From positions 1 to 51,538 of the IMG/VR virus record IMGVR_UViG_3300026078_000021: 51,538 nucleotides of DNA; one strand, given 5' to 3'. The notes under the pieces were generated by a model. The model was not told the DNA's origin and did no database searches. It saw nothing but the letters and a program-made list of their open reading frames with translations. Positions 36,305 through 45,292 of this stretch are shown here, piece after piece (positions within the stretch are counted from its first letter, which is position 1; the number at the start of each line of letters is the position of its first letter). The translations under genes and the position numbers were made by a program. The DNA comes from a virus. Its lineage: Duplodnaviria; Heunggongvirae; Uroviricota; Caudoviricetes.

Positions 36305-37099
36305 CTAGGGCATTGACGTTCCCGGGTCGGCGGGGTCGCGGGTAAGAATGTCTATGAGTTGATCTCTGGCTTGCTGCCAGGACGCCAGGCGCGTGACGCC
36401 TGGCGGGGCCTCGCCGTTTGGCCGGTACGGGCTCGGGGGCGACCACAGTTGCACCCCGGGTGCGGGGATGAGGTATTCGAACGCGGGGTTGTCGTCGATC
36501 AGCACGGCGGGTTTGTCCGCGTCGAAGCGGCGCATCCACGCGGGTTTGTTGCCGTGTCCGACGGTGGCCAGGCCGTCCGCGCTCAGTCCCCACAGTTCCA
36601 GCCACCGGGAGGTGACCTGGTGCAGCGCGGGGTTGCGTTCGGTGCACACCCACACCGGGTAGCCCAGGCGTTGGGCGAGCAGCAGGGTGTCCACCGCGCG
36701 CCAGTCGGGTGCGAGGTTCTCGTACAGATCGCTTTGGGTGAGCTGGTCGCGTAGCCAGGCGCGCTGTTTTTTGGGCAGCAGCAGCGGCCAGTCGTACACG
36801 GTGATGTCAGAGGTTTTGTAGTCGTCGCCGAAAGCGGCGTTCAGGGCGGTGAGCGCGCTTTCCATCATGAACGCGAGGGTGCCGTCGATGTCGAACACGA
36901 TCGTGGGCAGCGTCCAGGTGGTGTGGAACGCGCGCGCCGGGTTGCCGAACGCGTACGCGAGGGTTTTCGGGACGTTCGCGGCGGCCTCTTCGGGGCTGAT
37001 CTCTACCGCTCGCGCGGCGTCGAGCAGTTGCCCGAGCACGATGTTGCGCGGGTCGTGGTGGTGTGCGAGCGGCATGTCGCAGCCGCATGTGAGGCACAC
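36305..37099 (-). CDS. HAD-family 5'(3')-nucleotidase-like phosphatase with N-terminal Cys/His domain
   Basis: VFDIDGTL (motif I), VCTER (II), K (III), LIDDNP (IV); N-terminus CLTCGC..HHHDPRNI. Confidence 0.8.
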   Translation of the reverse strand: MCLTCGCDMPLAHHHDPRNIVLGQLLDAARAVEISPEEAAANVPKTLAYAFGNPARAFHTTWTLPTIVFDIDGTLAFMMESALTALNAAFGDDYKTSDITVYDWPLLLPKKQRAWLRDQLTQSDLYENLAPDWRAVDTLLLAQRLGYPVWVCTERNPALHQVTSRWLELWGLSADGLATVGHGNKPAWMRRFDADKPAVLIDDNPAFEYLIPAPGVQLWSPPSPYRPNGEAPPGVTRLASWQQARDQLIDILTRDPADPGTSMP

Positions 37100-37137
37100 G
37101 GGCTCGCCCCCTCCCACGCGCCTGTAGCATCCGTGTT

Positions 37138-37338
37138 ATGACAATGCGATCGAGCAGCGCTGTCGGGACCGTCTCGGGTTTTCTCGGTCTGGGGGCCGGC
37201 TGCCTTGTCGGTGCGTTGACCGATGGCATGTGGTGGAGGGTGGCCACCATCGCGGCGGGCAACCTGTCGGCCTTCGTCGTCGGCTGGAATTTCGACCGGC
37301 TCGCGGCGCGATTCGAGAAGCGATTCAGTCGCCGCTGA
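37138..37338 (+). CDS. Small 2-TM membrane protein on the opposite strand (moron-like)
   Basis: Two hydrophobic helices; TAGCAT 7 nt before the ATG. Confidence 0.6.
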   Translation: MTMRSSSAVGTVSGFLGLGAGCLVGALTDGMWWRVATIAAGNLSAFVVGWNFDRLAARFEKRFSRR

Positions 37339-37353
37339 CCTGTTTAGAAAACG

Positions 37354-40300
37354 TCACTCATCGTCCACCTTGAGGATGTTGCGGAACTTGTTCAGTTTCG
37401 CCCGGCCCATGGCGGCGGTGGAGAACCCGCCGTCTTTGAGTACTCCGACGTAGGCCGGGGCGGCGTGGCCGCCGGTCTGTTTGATCGCGGCGGTACGGTG
37501 CCACCCGTCGGCGATCAGGTACTTCTCGTGCCCTGGTTCCTCCACGAGGACGACCGGGTCGAGTTTGTGGCCGTCGTCGATGGAGTGCGCGATCATCGCG
37601 ACCTTGTTGGGGTCGCGTGCGCCGCCTTCGCGCCGGTCCATGTCGATCTGGTCGAGTGGAACGTTCACCGGGCCGTGCCATACCGCGCGTTTGACCCATT
37701 CGAGCTGGGCGGCGGGGTAGTGGCGGGCGAGGTAGGCGTAGACGTGATGGGTCTGGTCCGGGACCTTGTGGTTGCCGTGATCCTCGTGTGTGATCTCCTG
37801 CGCGGCCTTGTTCGACTGGTCGTCGGGCAGGGAGGCGATCCACGCGAGGCGCGCGGCGTTGATCAGGGCCGTGAGCCATGAGGGCTGGTTGGTTTCGGAC
37901 GCGGCCGGCGCGAACGCGAGGGCGCCGAGCAGGCCGGGGTCGCCCACGGGGGTCAGGGTGCAGCGGCAGCGCGGGCCGCCCATGCACAGTCCGAGCCCGG
38001 AGGCGGAGATGACGCTGGTGCCGCCGAATCCGCCGTCGCCGGGGAACCCGGGGATGGTGTCGGCGGTGTAGAGCTGTCCGTCGCGCGGCGCGCACAGCAC
38101 GCACGGGTCGGCGGACGTGGTGTTCCAGCGCACGTACCCGTCCGGGCGGCCGGAGAACGCGGTCAGGCCGTAGCCGAGGTTGTACGCGGCGTACGCCTGT
38201 GCGCCGTAGAGGTCGAAGCGCCAGGCCAGGGCCTGGAGGATCTCGTGGATCGCGCCGGCGCGCAGGATGTCTTGGAGCAGACCGGTCAGGAAATCGGTTT
38301 GGTCGCCGGCGCGCTGGTCGGCCAGGTCGGTCAGGTACTGCCCGTAGGGGCCGTCCAGGATCGTGTCCGCGTCGTAGCCGCCGTCCTCGTCCTCGTTCTC
38401 GCCGCCGTCGTCGGCTTTGGTGGCGTGGGCGCGTGGGCGGGCGATGGCGTCGCGGGCGCCGGCGAGGATCGCCTGCCGGATGCCCTCGCGCATGACGCGG
38501 GTGCCGTCGTCGATGACGGCGATACGGGATTCGGAGCCGTCTTTGACCCCGCGCGCCAGGGTGCCGAGCCGGGAGGCGACCTGGGCGGCGATCGGGGCGA
38601 TGACCTGTTCGCGTCGCTGGTCGACGACGTTGGCTTTGACGCGGTCGCGTGCCTTGTTGATCGCGGCGTTCGGGCCGATCACCTCCAGGTCTTCGATCAG
38701 GCTGACCCCGATGTGCTCGGGTACGTCCGCGAACGCCCAGCTCTTAATGCTGCGGCCCTTCTCCAGGCGGCGGCGGATCAGGTCCAGTTCGCGCAGTGCG
38801 CCTTTGACGTTGGCCGGTTTGACCGGGGTGTTGGCGTTCTGCTGGCCGTGCGACGGGGTGCCGCTGGCCTGGTTGGCACGGGCCTGGTCTTTGGCGTCCA
38901 TGACGGCGGCGGCCGGCGTGGGTTCTTTGACGGAGGCGACGACGTTGCCGGTCTGTACCGCGCCGACCGGGGTGGGTGCGGGGATGCCGGATGCGGCGGA
39001 GGCGCTGCCGGTGACGGGGGTGCCGGCTTGGCCGGGCAGCAGCGGCTGCATGGCGGCTGGGCGGCCGGTGAGCGGGTCGATGGAGCCGAGCGGTACGACG
39101 CCCATCTGTGTGGCCCACACCGGGTCGCTGGTCAGCGGCAGGCCCCAGGGCTGTTCGCCGATCTCCACGCGGGCTTCGTCGATGCTCATCATGCCGTGGC
39201 CGACCTGGTCGACCAGGTTTCCGACCAGGGACTCGCGGTCCTGGCCCTCTTCCAAACCGGCCCACATGAACTGCATGTCGTCCTGGCCGCACAGGGTCTG
39301 CAAGACGTAGTCGAACAGGGTTTGTTTCAGCCACATGAGCAGGGGTCGCAGGGCTTTGCGCTGGTTGACCACGGCGGAGGCTTTGGCCATCTGGTTGGCG
39401 GCGCCGGGGGAGGGGGTGAGGGAGACCTGCGGGGTGATGCCCAGTTCCATGGGCATGACGTCGAAGGCCATACACACCTGGTTCATGATCACTTCGTCGA
39501 AGGCGTCGGCGAGTGGCACCGGGCGCATCGGTTCGATCTTCGAACCACCAGGCAGAACAATGATCTTGTGTTTCCACGCCGGGTCGCCGGCCATGGCGTT
39601 CAGCGCGTCCTGCAACGTGCGCAGTTGGTTCGGCGTCGCGTTCGGGTCGCCGGAGGCGATGAACACCCCGGGCACGCTGCCGTCGCCGAAGTAGGAGAGC
39701 TGGTACTGCTGGCGCTGGAGCCCGGAGACGATCGGCACCAGGGCCTTCTCCACCAGGCTGAAGCCGTACGGGGTCCAGGCGCGCGGCGTGTAGGGCAGGT
39801 AGAGCACCTGGTCGGCGCGGTACTCGGCCAGCAGCGAGTCCTTCATGTCGGAGACCTCGGCGCCGCTGATCGCCGTCATCAAGTCAACACGTGGAACACC
39901 GTAGTTGTAGATCTGGACGGCGGGGTTCGGCGGCTGCGGCGTTCCGCCCTGGATGTCCAGCAGCGGACGCGCGGTCGTGCCGTCGATCAGGCACAATGCG
40001 CCCAGGTCCGAGCCGAGCAGGCCCCTGCCCTTTTTCCTCGTCGGCTGGACGTAGAGGGTCAGGGCGTCGATGACGAAGATTTCCTCCAGCACGGCCGAGA
40101 GCCACGCGGAGTAGCCCCGGTATTTGCCCGGGTCGGGGTTCTGGAAGAACGCGACGGCCTCGGCGCGGCGCTGCTGGAAATCCTTGTGCCGGGAGGCCTG
40201 CCCGCGCATCTTTTTCTCTGCCTCGCGCGTGGGCATGATGTCCCACTCCAGGCCCAGGATCTCCTGTTTGCGCACGTTGATGCACGCGCGGGCCACCGAG

Positions 40301-40704
40301 TACTGGTCGGCGAGGGAACGCAGCGTCGCGAACGGCGCCAGCTTCAACCCCTCGCTGCCCGGCTCCCCGACCGGCATGTTCCAGCCGACCTGGTAGGTGT
40401 AGCGGCGCGGCTCGGGGCGCCCGGTGTCCGGGTCCGGGGCGTCGATGCCCACCGGCTCGATCGGCGTCAAAGGCCCGAACGCGCCGGCGAGGAACGTGCC
40501 CGGGTCGCGCGGCAGCCCGATGCCGTAGGGGCGGCCCTGCGACCACTGCTGGTAGGAGGAGATCAGCGGCGAGGGGTTCTGCGTCGCGCCGAGCGTGCCC
40601 ATCGTCGCCGGCACACCGCCGAACCCGCCCGGCACGCTGCCGGTCGGGGCACCGTTGCCGACGGCGCGGCTGGCGCGCGCGACGGCGCGAGGGTTACCGG
40701 ACAC
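37354..40704 (-). CDS. Portal protein fused to a MuF (gpF-like) domain and a C-terminal ParB/Srx-like domain
   Basis: Portal motifs (ARACINVRKQEILGL, YGFSLVEKA, ICMAFDVMPMELG, MSIDEARVEIG); MuF WNT..DPCVLC..GGPRCRC; ParB PVVLVE..YLIADGWHR. Confidence 0.88.
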   Translation of the reverse strand: MSGNPRAVARASRAVGNGAPTGSVPGGFGGVPATMGTLGATQNPSPLISSYQQWSQGRPYGIGLPRDPGTFLAGAFGPLTPIEPVGIDAPDPDTGRPEPRRYTYQVGWNMPVGEPGSEGLKLAPFATLRSLADQYSVARACINVRKQEILGLEWDIMPTREAEKKMRGQASRHKDFQQRRAEAVAFFQNPDPGKYRGYSAWLSAVLEEIFVIDALTLYVQPTRKKGRGLLGSDLGALCLIDGTTARPLLDIQGGTPQPPNPAVQIYNYGVPRVDLMTAISGAEVSDMKDSLLAEYRADQVLYLPYTPRAWTPYGFSLVEKALVPIVSGLQRQQYQLSYFGDGSVPGVFIASGDPNATPNQLRTLQDALNAMAGDPAWKHKIIVLPGGSKIEPMRPVPLADAFDEVIMNQVCMAFDVMPMELGITPQVSLTPSPGAANQMAKASAVVNQRKALRPLLMWLKQTLFDYVLQTLCGQDDMQFMWAGLEEGQDRESLVGNLVDQVGHGMMSIDEARVEIGEQPWGLPLTSDPVWATQMGVVPLGSIDPLTGRPAAMQPLLPGQAGTPVTGSASAASGIPAPTPVGAVQTGNVVASVKEPTPAAAVMDAKDQARANQASGTPSHGQQNANTPVKPANVKGALRELDLIRRRLEKGRSIKSWAFADVPEHIGVSLIEDLEVIGPNAAINKARDRVKANVVDQRREQVIAPIAAQVASRLGTLARGVKDGSESRIAVIDDGTRVMREGIRQAILAGARDAIARPRAHATKADDGGENEDEDGGYDADTILDGPYGQYLTDLADQRAGDQTDFLTGLLQDILRAGAIHEILQALAWRFDLYGAQAYAAYNLGYGLTAFSGRPDGYVRWNTTSADPCVLCAPRDGQLYTADTIPGFPGDGGFGGTSVISASGLGLCMGGPRCRCTLTPVGDPGLLGALAFAPAASETNQPSWLTALINAARLAWIASLPDDQSNKAAQEITHEDHGNHKVPDQTHHVYAYLARHYPAAQLEWVKRAVWHGPVNVPLDQIDMDRREGGARDPNKVAMIAHSIDDGHKLDPVVLVEEPGHEKYLIADGWHRTAAIKQTGGHAAPAYVGVLKDGGFSTAAMGRAKLNKFRNILKVDDE

Positions 40705-40725
40705 CAGGCACCCCCGTTCACGTGT

Positions 40726-41014
40726 TTACTCATCGGCGTTAGCCCACCGGGTAGCGCCACGCGCGTGGCTGCGGCCGGGCACCGTTGTCATGCATAACTT
40801 CGGCAGGTTCGGGGTGCGTGGGGGCGGGCGGCTGCGTTGTCGTCCACGCGGATGCGTGGTGTGTTTCCGGCGAATAGCCGTGCGCCACGAGCCACAGCCA
40901 TCTGCCGTGCGCGTCGTCGTAGACCGCGTGCACGGTGCGCGCACCCAAACGGCACACGCAACTATCCGGCTTCGGCCAGACTGTGTCGCCGACGCCGATC
41001 GCCTTCTCGTGCAT
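40726..41014 (-). CDS. Hypothetical protein
   Basis: Fills the gap; GVGDTVW SH3-like start. Confidence 0.5.
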
Positions 41015-41075
41015 AATGCGGGCCTCTGTGGAATTGATTGATCGGCGTTCGGAACAGTCCTGGAGGGTCGGTCAA

Positions 41076-41342
41076 TCAATCCGTGGCGGGCGTGCGCGCG
41101 GGTTCGTAGGTCTTCTCGAAAATCTCCGGCTTGACCGGGTAGAACTCGTCGTGCACGCCGCGCACCACCCAGTCGCCCGGGGAGGCGAGCACCGCGCCCT
41201 CCAGGGTGGGGATCAGCAGAGCGTCACGCACGATGTGGGGAACGGTTCCGTACCCGAGCATCCAGGTGATCACGCTCGCGGGGTCATCGCCCGGCCACTG
41301 GCGCGCTTCGATGGTCACCGCTCTCTTCGTGTAGGCGGCCAC
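41076..41342 (-). CDS. Widespread phage hypothetical protein
   Basis: YTKRAVTIEARQW..IPTLEG..SPGDWVVRGVHDEFYPVKPEIFEKTYE. Confidence 0.8.
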   Translation of the reverse strand: MAAYTKRAVTIEARQWPGDDPASVITWMLGYGTVPHIVRDALLIPTLEGAVLASPGDWVVRGVHDEFYPVKPEIFEKTYEPARTPATD

Positions 41343-41343
41343 G

Positions 41344-41823
41344 TCATGCCTCGCTCTCGGGGTCGACGGCCTGCTCGGGGAAGATCACATGGTCGGTGGG
41401 CCAGCGCCCGTCGGGCCAGAACTCGACCTGCGCGATCTCGCCATTGGTGTGGAAGGAGAACCGTCGCACCCGGGGGCAGGCGTGCAGGTGGTAGCCGCCA
41501 CAGTGCGAGCAGCCCTCACCGCGTTTGAACCGCTCGCGCATCTCGGCGCGGTCCTCGGCCGTCATCTCGGTGGGCGGCGGCGCGGTGATCGCCTCCAGCG
41601 CGTCGGCGTAGGCCAGCGCGTGGCCGGCGGGCACGGCCTCGCCGCGTTCCCAGCGCAGCACGGTCTGCGCTGAGACGCCCACGACGGCGGCCAGTTCACT
41701 GAGCGAGACCCCGGCGCTCTCGCGCAGCAACCGCCGCTGGGCACCCGGGGGGATGCGGCGGCGTGCCTGCGCTGCGGCGTGCAGATCCTGCGCGCTGGTG
41801 AACCGGGGCCGCTTCGCGCTCAT
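41344..41823 (-). CDS. XRE-type HTH protein with C-terminal Zn-binding domain
   Basis: RLLRESAGVSLSELAAVVGVSAQTVLRWERGE; CSHCGGYH..CPR. Confidence 0.75.
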   Translation of the reverse strand: MSAKRPRFTSAQDLHAAAQARRRIPPGAQRRLLRESAGVSLSELAAVVGVSAQTVLRWERGEAVPAGHALAYADALEAITAPPPTEMTAEDRAEMRERFKRGEGCSHCGGYHLHACPRVRRFSFHTNGEIAQVEFWPDGRWPTDHVIFPEQAVDPESEA

Positions 41824-42440
41824 TTCTTCAGCTTCGCGTCACGTTGCAGCAGGTATGCCAGGGCGTGCTCGTAGTCGCCGGTGGAGTGCAACGCTTTGAA
41901 GCATTCGTCCGGGGTCGCGCTCACGGCGGCGCGCAGCCTGCGGAAATCGTCGATGGTGAACCAGTAGGACGGTTTGAAGGTCTTGAGGTGCTCTGCGGCG
42001 GCGGCCTCGAACAGGCGCCGCGCACTGCGCCGGGCTTCGTAGAGCGTGGGGCACGGCGGGCTGGTGACCGACACCCCGGACAGTTCGTCCTCCCAGGTGA
42101 CCTTCACCATGCCGCTGGTGGCGGCGTAGGCGGGGGGTTTCTCACACACACCCTGCGGGGGGCGCACGAAGTTCGGCGCGCCGGTGCCGGAGAAGGTGAG
42201 CGTGCCGGTGGTGACCAGGTACCGGCCGGCGGTGCCCACCGTGTACCGGCCGGCGGTGCCCACCGTGTGCGTGCCCGTCGCCGTATCGGGGCTCTGCGCG
42301 CAGGCGTCCTTCGGGGTGGGGGTGTAGGCGTCGCGCAGTTTGCGCGGTAGGTCGAGGGCGTCTTCCAGAGCTTTGACGCGTGCCACCAGGGCGGCGAAGT
42401 CGTGCACCATCTGTGCCACTGTACCGTTCTTGTTTTCCAC
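41820..42440 (-). CDS. Hypothetical protein with C-terminal EF-Ts-N-like (UBA-like) domain
   Basis: TIDDFRRLRAAVSATPDECFKALHSTGDYEHALAYL; TAGAAT 6 nt before the GTG. Confidence 0.6.
   Translation of the reverse strand: MENKNGTVAQMVHDFAALVARVKALEDALDLPRKLRDAYTPTPKDACAQSPDTATGTHTVGTAGRYTVGTAGRYLVTTGTLTFSGTGAPNFVRPPQGVCEKPPAYAATSGMVKVTWEDELSGVSVTSPPCPTLYEARRSARRLFEAAAAEHLKTFKPSYWFTIDDFRRLRAAVSATPDECFKALHSTGDYEHALAYLLQRDAKLKK
42219..42266. repeat. Perfect 24-bp in-frame tandem duplication (TVGTAGRY x2)
   Basis: GTACCGGCCGGCGGTGCCCACCGT repeated twice. Confidence 0.9.
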
Positions 42441-42449
42441 GTGTTGATT

Positions 42450-42626
42450 CTATTCGCCCGAGCGCATCGCGGCGATCAACAAATTCGTCACGATGGTCAG
42501 TGCCTGTGCCTCGGTGAACCCGGCGGCCACGTACGCCTTGAACGTCTCGTGCATCACGGACGCGCCGGCGGCCAGCGGGGTGAGGCTGTCGCCGAACGCG
42601 TCGGTCTGCTCACTGGACTCATCCAC
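42450..42626 (-). CDS. 58-aa hypothetical protein (not in ORF track)
   Basis: MDESSEQTDAFGDSLTPLAAGASVMHETFKAYVAAGFTEAQALTIV...; RBS AGGTGGGAG. Confidence 0.65.
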   Translation of the reverse strand: MDESSEQTDAFGDSLTPLAAGASVMHETFKAYVAAGFTEAQALTIVTNLLIAAMRSGE

Positions 42627-42810
42627 GCTCCCACCTGCGCTTCCCGGTGCCGCCGTCCACGATGAGCATCACGGGGCGCGGCGGCTGGGTTGCCTGCTTG
42701 ACGCGGTTGCGGCGGCGGGAGACCCCGGTGGTGGCGGCGGACTTGTTCTGCTTGACCGTCCTGTGAATACGGTATTTCAATTTAAGCCACGTATATTCCA
42801 CATCGGCCAT
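42619..42810 (-). CDS. Small basic hypothetical protein
   Basis: ATG 1 nt after the terL stop, RBS GGAGG; AT-richer 5' half. Confidence 0.5.
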   Translation of the reverse strand: MADVEYTWLKLKYRIHRTVKQNKSAATTGVSRRRNRVKQATQPPRPVMLIVDGGTGKRRWERG

Positions 42811-42811
42811 G

Positions 42812-44314
42812 CTAGGCCACCTCCTCGCTCGACTCCGGGACCGGATGCGCCCACCGCGCACGGCAACGCGGACACACGTGCGGATGCAGATCACCCATGA
42901 ACCGGTGGTCACAGGAGGCGCAGATCACGATCCCGTACGCCTCATGCCAATCCCCGGCGCCCAGCCCACGCAGCTCCACACACGCCCACACCAGCGCGTC
43001 CGCGCGGTCCGGGGACTGCCGGCTGCCCGGCATCCACGTGACCATCTGGTCCTCCAGGTGCGCGAACACCCCGACGTGATGCACCCGCTTCTGCTCATAG
43101 AGCGCAGCCACCGGCTCCGCGCGAACCTGTTTGTTACGGGTCGCGCGCACCTGCCGGTAGGGCACGTTCGGGTCCACCGTGCGCAGCAGCGACCCGATGT
43201 AGTCGCCGCCCTGGTTGACCTCGGCCACGATGCAGTCGGCCTCGTGTTCCTCGTAGGCGGTCACCGCGCGGCGCATGCACGCGTCCGGGCTGCCTTTCAT
43301 GCTGTAGTCCGCCAGCACGTAGGCGTGTCCCTCCAGGGACTCCCCGACCACCACGATCCCGGTCTCGTCGCTGGTTTCGCTGCCGGTGACGGCAGGGTCC
43401 ACGCCGATGACGATGCGCAGCAGTTGCGGCACGTCGCTCTCGCGCACCCTGGTCTCGTCGATCACCGAACGCGACCACAGCGCGCCCTCGATGTCCTCCA
43501 GCAGCTCGCCCTCAAGCTCCTGGCGGCCAAGCCGGGTGCCCTCGTAGCGGCGTTTGAGTTCCGCCAGGGCGCTGCCGGAGAGGTTCTTCGCGTTCTCCCA
43601 CGTTGAGCCGCGCGTGACGTGCACGGTGCCGTCGTCGCGGCCGAGCAGGTCACGCAGCAGCGGCGTCGGGCGCGGCGTCGTGGTCACCAGGATGCGCGGG
43701 TGCTCACCGATACGCAGCGCCGGGATCAGGCCCTCATACCACGTCTCGTGATACCGCCAGGAACCGACCTCATCGGCCCATGCCCCGGACAGGTTCGCGC
43801 CACGCACACGCTCCGGCTGATCGGCGGAGTACCCGTAGATCACCGAGTCGTTGGACAACACGATCTGAAGTTCGTTGCGCCGGTACTGGCGCTCCTCGCC
43901 CTCGCGCAACGCCGCCCGGATACCGCTGCTGCCTTCGATACACACCTTGCGAACGTCGCCGAAGGTCGGTGCGAACACGCCCCACTCGGTCCTCGGGGTT
44001 TTCAGTGCCTGCGCGACCAGCCAGTTCGAGCCCGTCCACGTCTTGCCCAGGCCACGCCCGGCCATGATCAGGTGGACCACCCAGTCGGTGTCCACGCCGT
44101 CGCAGCCGCACCGGAACCCTTTCTCGTCGGGCAGGTGGTGGCGGGGGTGATCCGGGGGCAGCTGTTTCGGGCGCGCCATCTTGTAGTAGGGGCGCTCGTC
44201 CAGGTCGGCTGCGCGCGCGCGCAGCCGCTCCAGCAGGAGCAGCTTGTCCACCGACGACCAGGCGCGCCACCCGTCCGGCTCGAAATCCGGGGGCAGGTCG
44301 AAACTGACGGTCAC
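42812..44314 (-). CDS. terL: Terminase large subunit
   Basis: MAGRGLGKT Walker A, AWADE Walker B, IGVDPA nuclease, SPDRADALVW. Confidence 0.95.
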   Translation of the reverse strand: MTVSFDLPPDFEPDGWRAWSSVDKLLLLERLRARAADLDERPYYKMARPKQLPPDHPRHHLPDEKGFRCGCDGVDTDWVVHLIMAGRGLGKTWTGSNWLVAQALKTPRTEWGVFAPTFGDVRKVCIEGSSGIRAALREGEERQYRRNELQIVLSNDSVIYGYSADQPERVRGANLSGAWADEVGSWRYHETWYEGLIPALRIGEHPRILVTTTPRPTPLLRDLLGRDDGTVHVTRGSTWENAKNLSGSALAELKRRYEGTRLGRQELEGELLEDIEGALWSRSVIDETRVRESDVPQLLRIVIGVDPAVTGSETSDETGIVVVGESLEGHAYVLADYSMKGSPDACMRRAVTAYEEHEADCIVAEVNQGGDYIGSLLRTVDPNVPYRQVRATRNKQVRAEPVAALYEQKRVHHVGVFAHLEDQMVTWMPGSRQSPDRADALVWACVELRGLGAGDWHEAYGIVICASCDHRFMGDLHPHVCPRCRARWAHPVPESSEEVA

Positions 44315-44332
44315 CCCGGCCCCCTCACTACA

Positions 44333-45292
44333 TCAGCCGTGCGCGTCCATTTCAGAATCGAGCGCGCACTGCGCGTACCGCTTGATCGCGAGGTCGTGGT
44401 AGGCAGGACTCAGGTCGATGCCGACGTACCGGCGCCCGAGCCGGAGCGCCGCTTCGCCTGTGGCTCCGCTGCCCGAGAAAGGGTCGAGCGCGACCCCCCC
44501 CGGTTTACAGCCCGCCTTGACGCACCGAATCGGCACGTCGATTGGGAACGTCGCGAAATGCGCCTCGGGATACGACCGATTGTTGATGCTCCACACGTCG
44601 CCCGGGTTCGCGCCACGCGGGTGACAAGACTGCTCAGGCCGCAGCGAGTTGGGCTTTCGCAAGTCGCCCTGCGTCCGATCGGCCATCAACCGGCGTCCCC
44701 GTGCTCGCAGCAGACTCGCTGATGCGTGCGGTTGACGAATCGCGTCGAGGTCGAACCAATACTGTGGCTGCTTGGCGAACAGGAAGATGCTCTCGTAACG
44801 TTTCGAGAGTCTGTCGCGCACCGCCTCTGGCATCGCATTCGGCTTGTGCCACACAATTGCGTTACGCAGAATCCAGCCGTCGTCCTGCAAAGCGAACGCG
44901 ACGCGCCATGGAATGCCGAGCAGATTTTTGCGCGGTAATCCAAAGGACGGACCGTCAAGGACGCGCTTGCCAGGCCGTCGCGCAGGGTTCTTCAGGTCCG
45001 GCTGCGTGGGTTCGCCTTTGCCGCTGTAGTACGAATCCCCAAGATTGAGCCACAGTGTGCCGTCCCTGGCGAGCACTCGCCGTGCCTCGGCGAACACGGC
45101 GCGCATGGTCTCGACGTACGCGGACGGGGTGGCTTCGAGGCCGTACTGCCCGTCCACGCCGTAGTCGCGCAGCCCGTAGTACGGAGGCGAGGTGACCACG
45201 CAGTCCACGGCCTCGTCCGGCATGCTGCGCAGTATGTCCAGTGCGTCGCCGAGATGCAGCGTGACGTCCTTGCTGGTGTAGTAGGGTGTCAC
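44333..45292 (-). CDS. DNA methyltransferase (N4-C/N6-A, beta class)
   Basis: VVTSPPYY (motif IV) before LDPFSGSGAT (motif I). Confidence 0.92.
   Translation of the reverse strand: MTPYYTSKDVTLHLGDALDILRSMPDEAVDCVVTSPPYYGLRDYGVDGQYGLEATPSAYVETMRAVFAEARRVLARDGTLWLNLGDSYYSGKGEPTQPDLKNPARRPGKRVLDGPSFGLPRKNLLGIPWRVAFALQDDGWILRNAIVWHKPNAMPEAVRDRLSKRYESIFLFAKQPQYWFDLDAIRQPHASASLLRARGRRLMADRTQGDLRKPNSLRPEQSCHPRGANPGDVWSINNRSYPEAHFATFPIDVPIRCVKAGCKPGGVALDPFSGSGATGEAALRLGRRYVGIDLSPAYHDLAIKRYAQCALDSEMDAHG

Noticed and set aside
41010-41019. Third TGCATAATGC match to the exon 2/endonuclease promoter motif
   Set aside because: Only 10 bp, overlapping a start codon, and flanks do not match; could be chance
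42219-42266. Tandem repeat as CRISPR or diversity-generating element
   Set aside because: Two adjacent in-frame copies with no spacer; no cas or reverse transcriptase gene in the window
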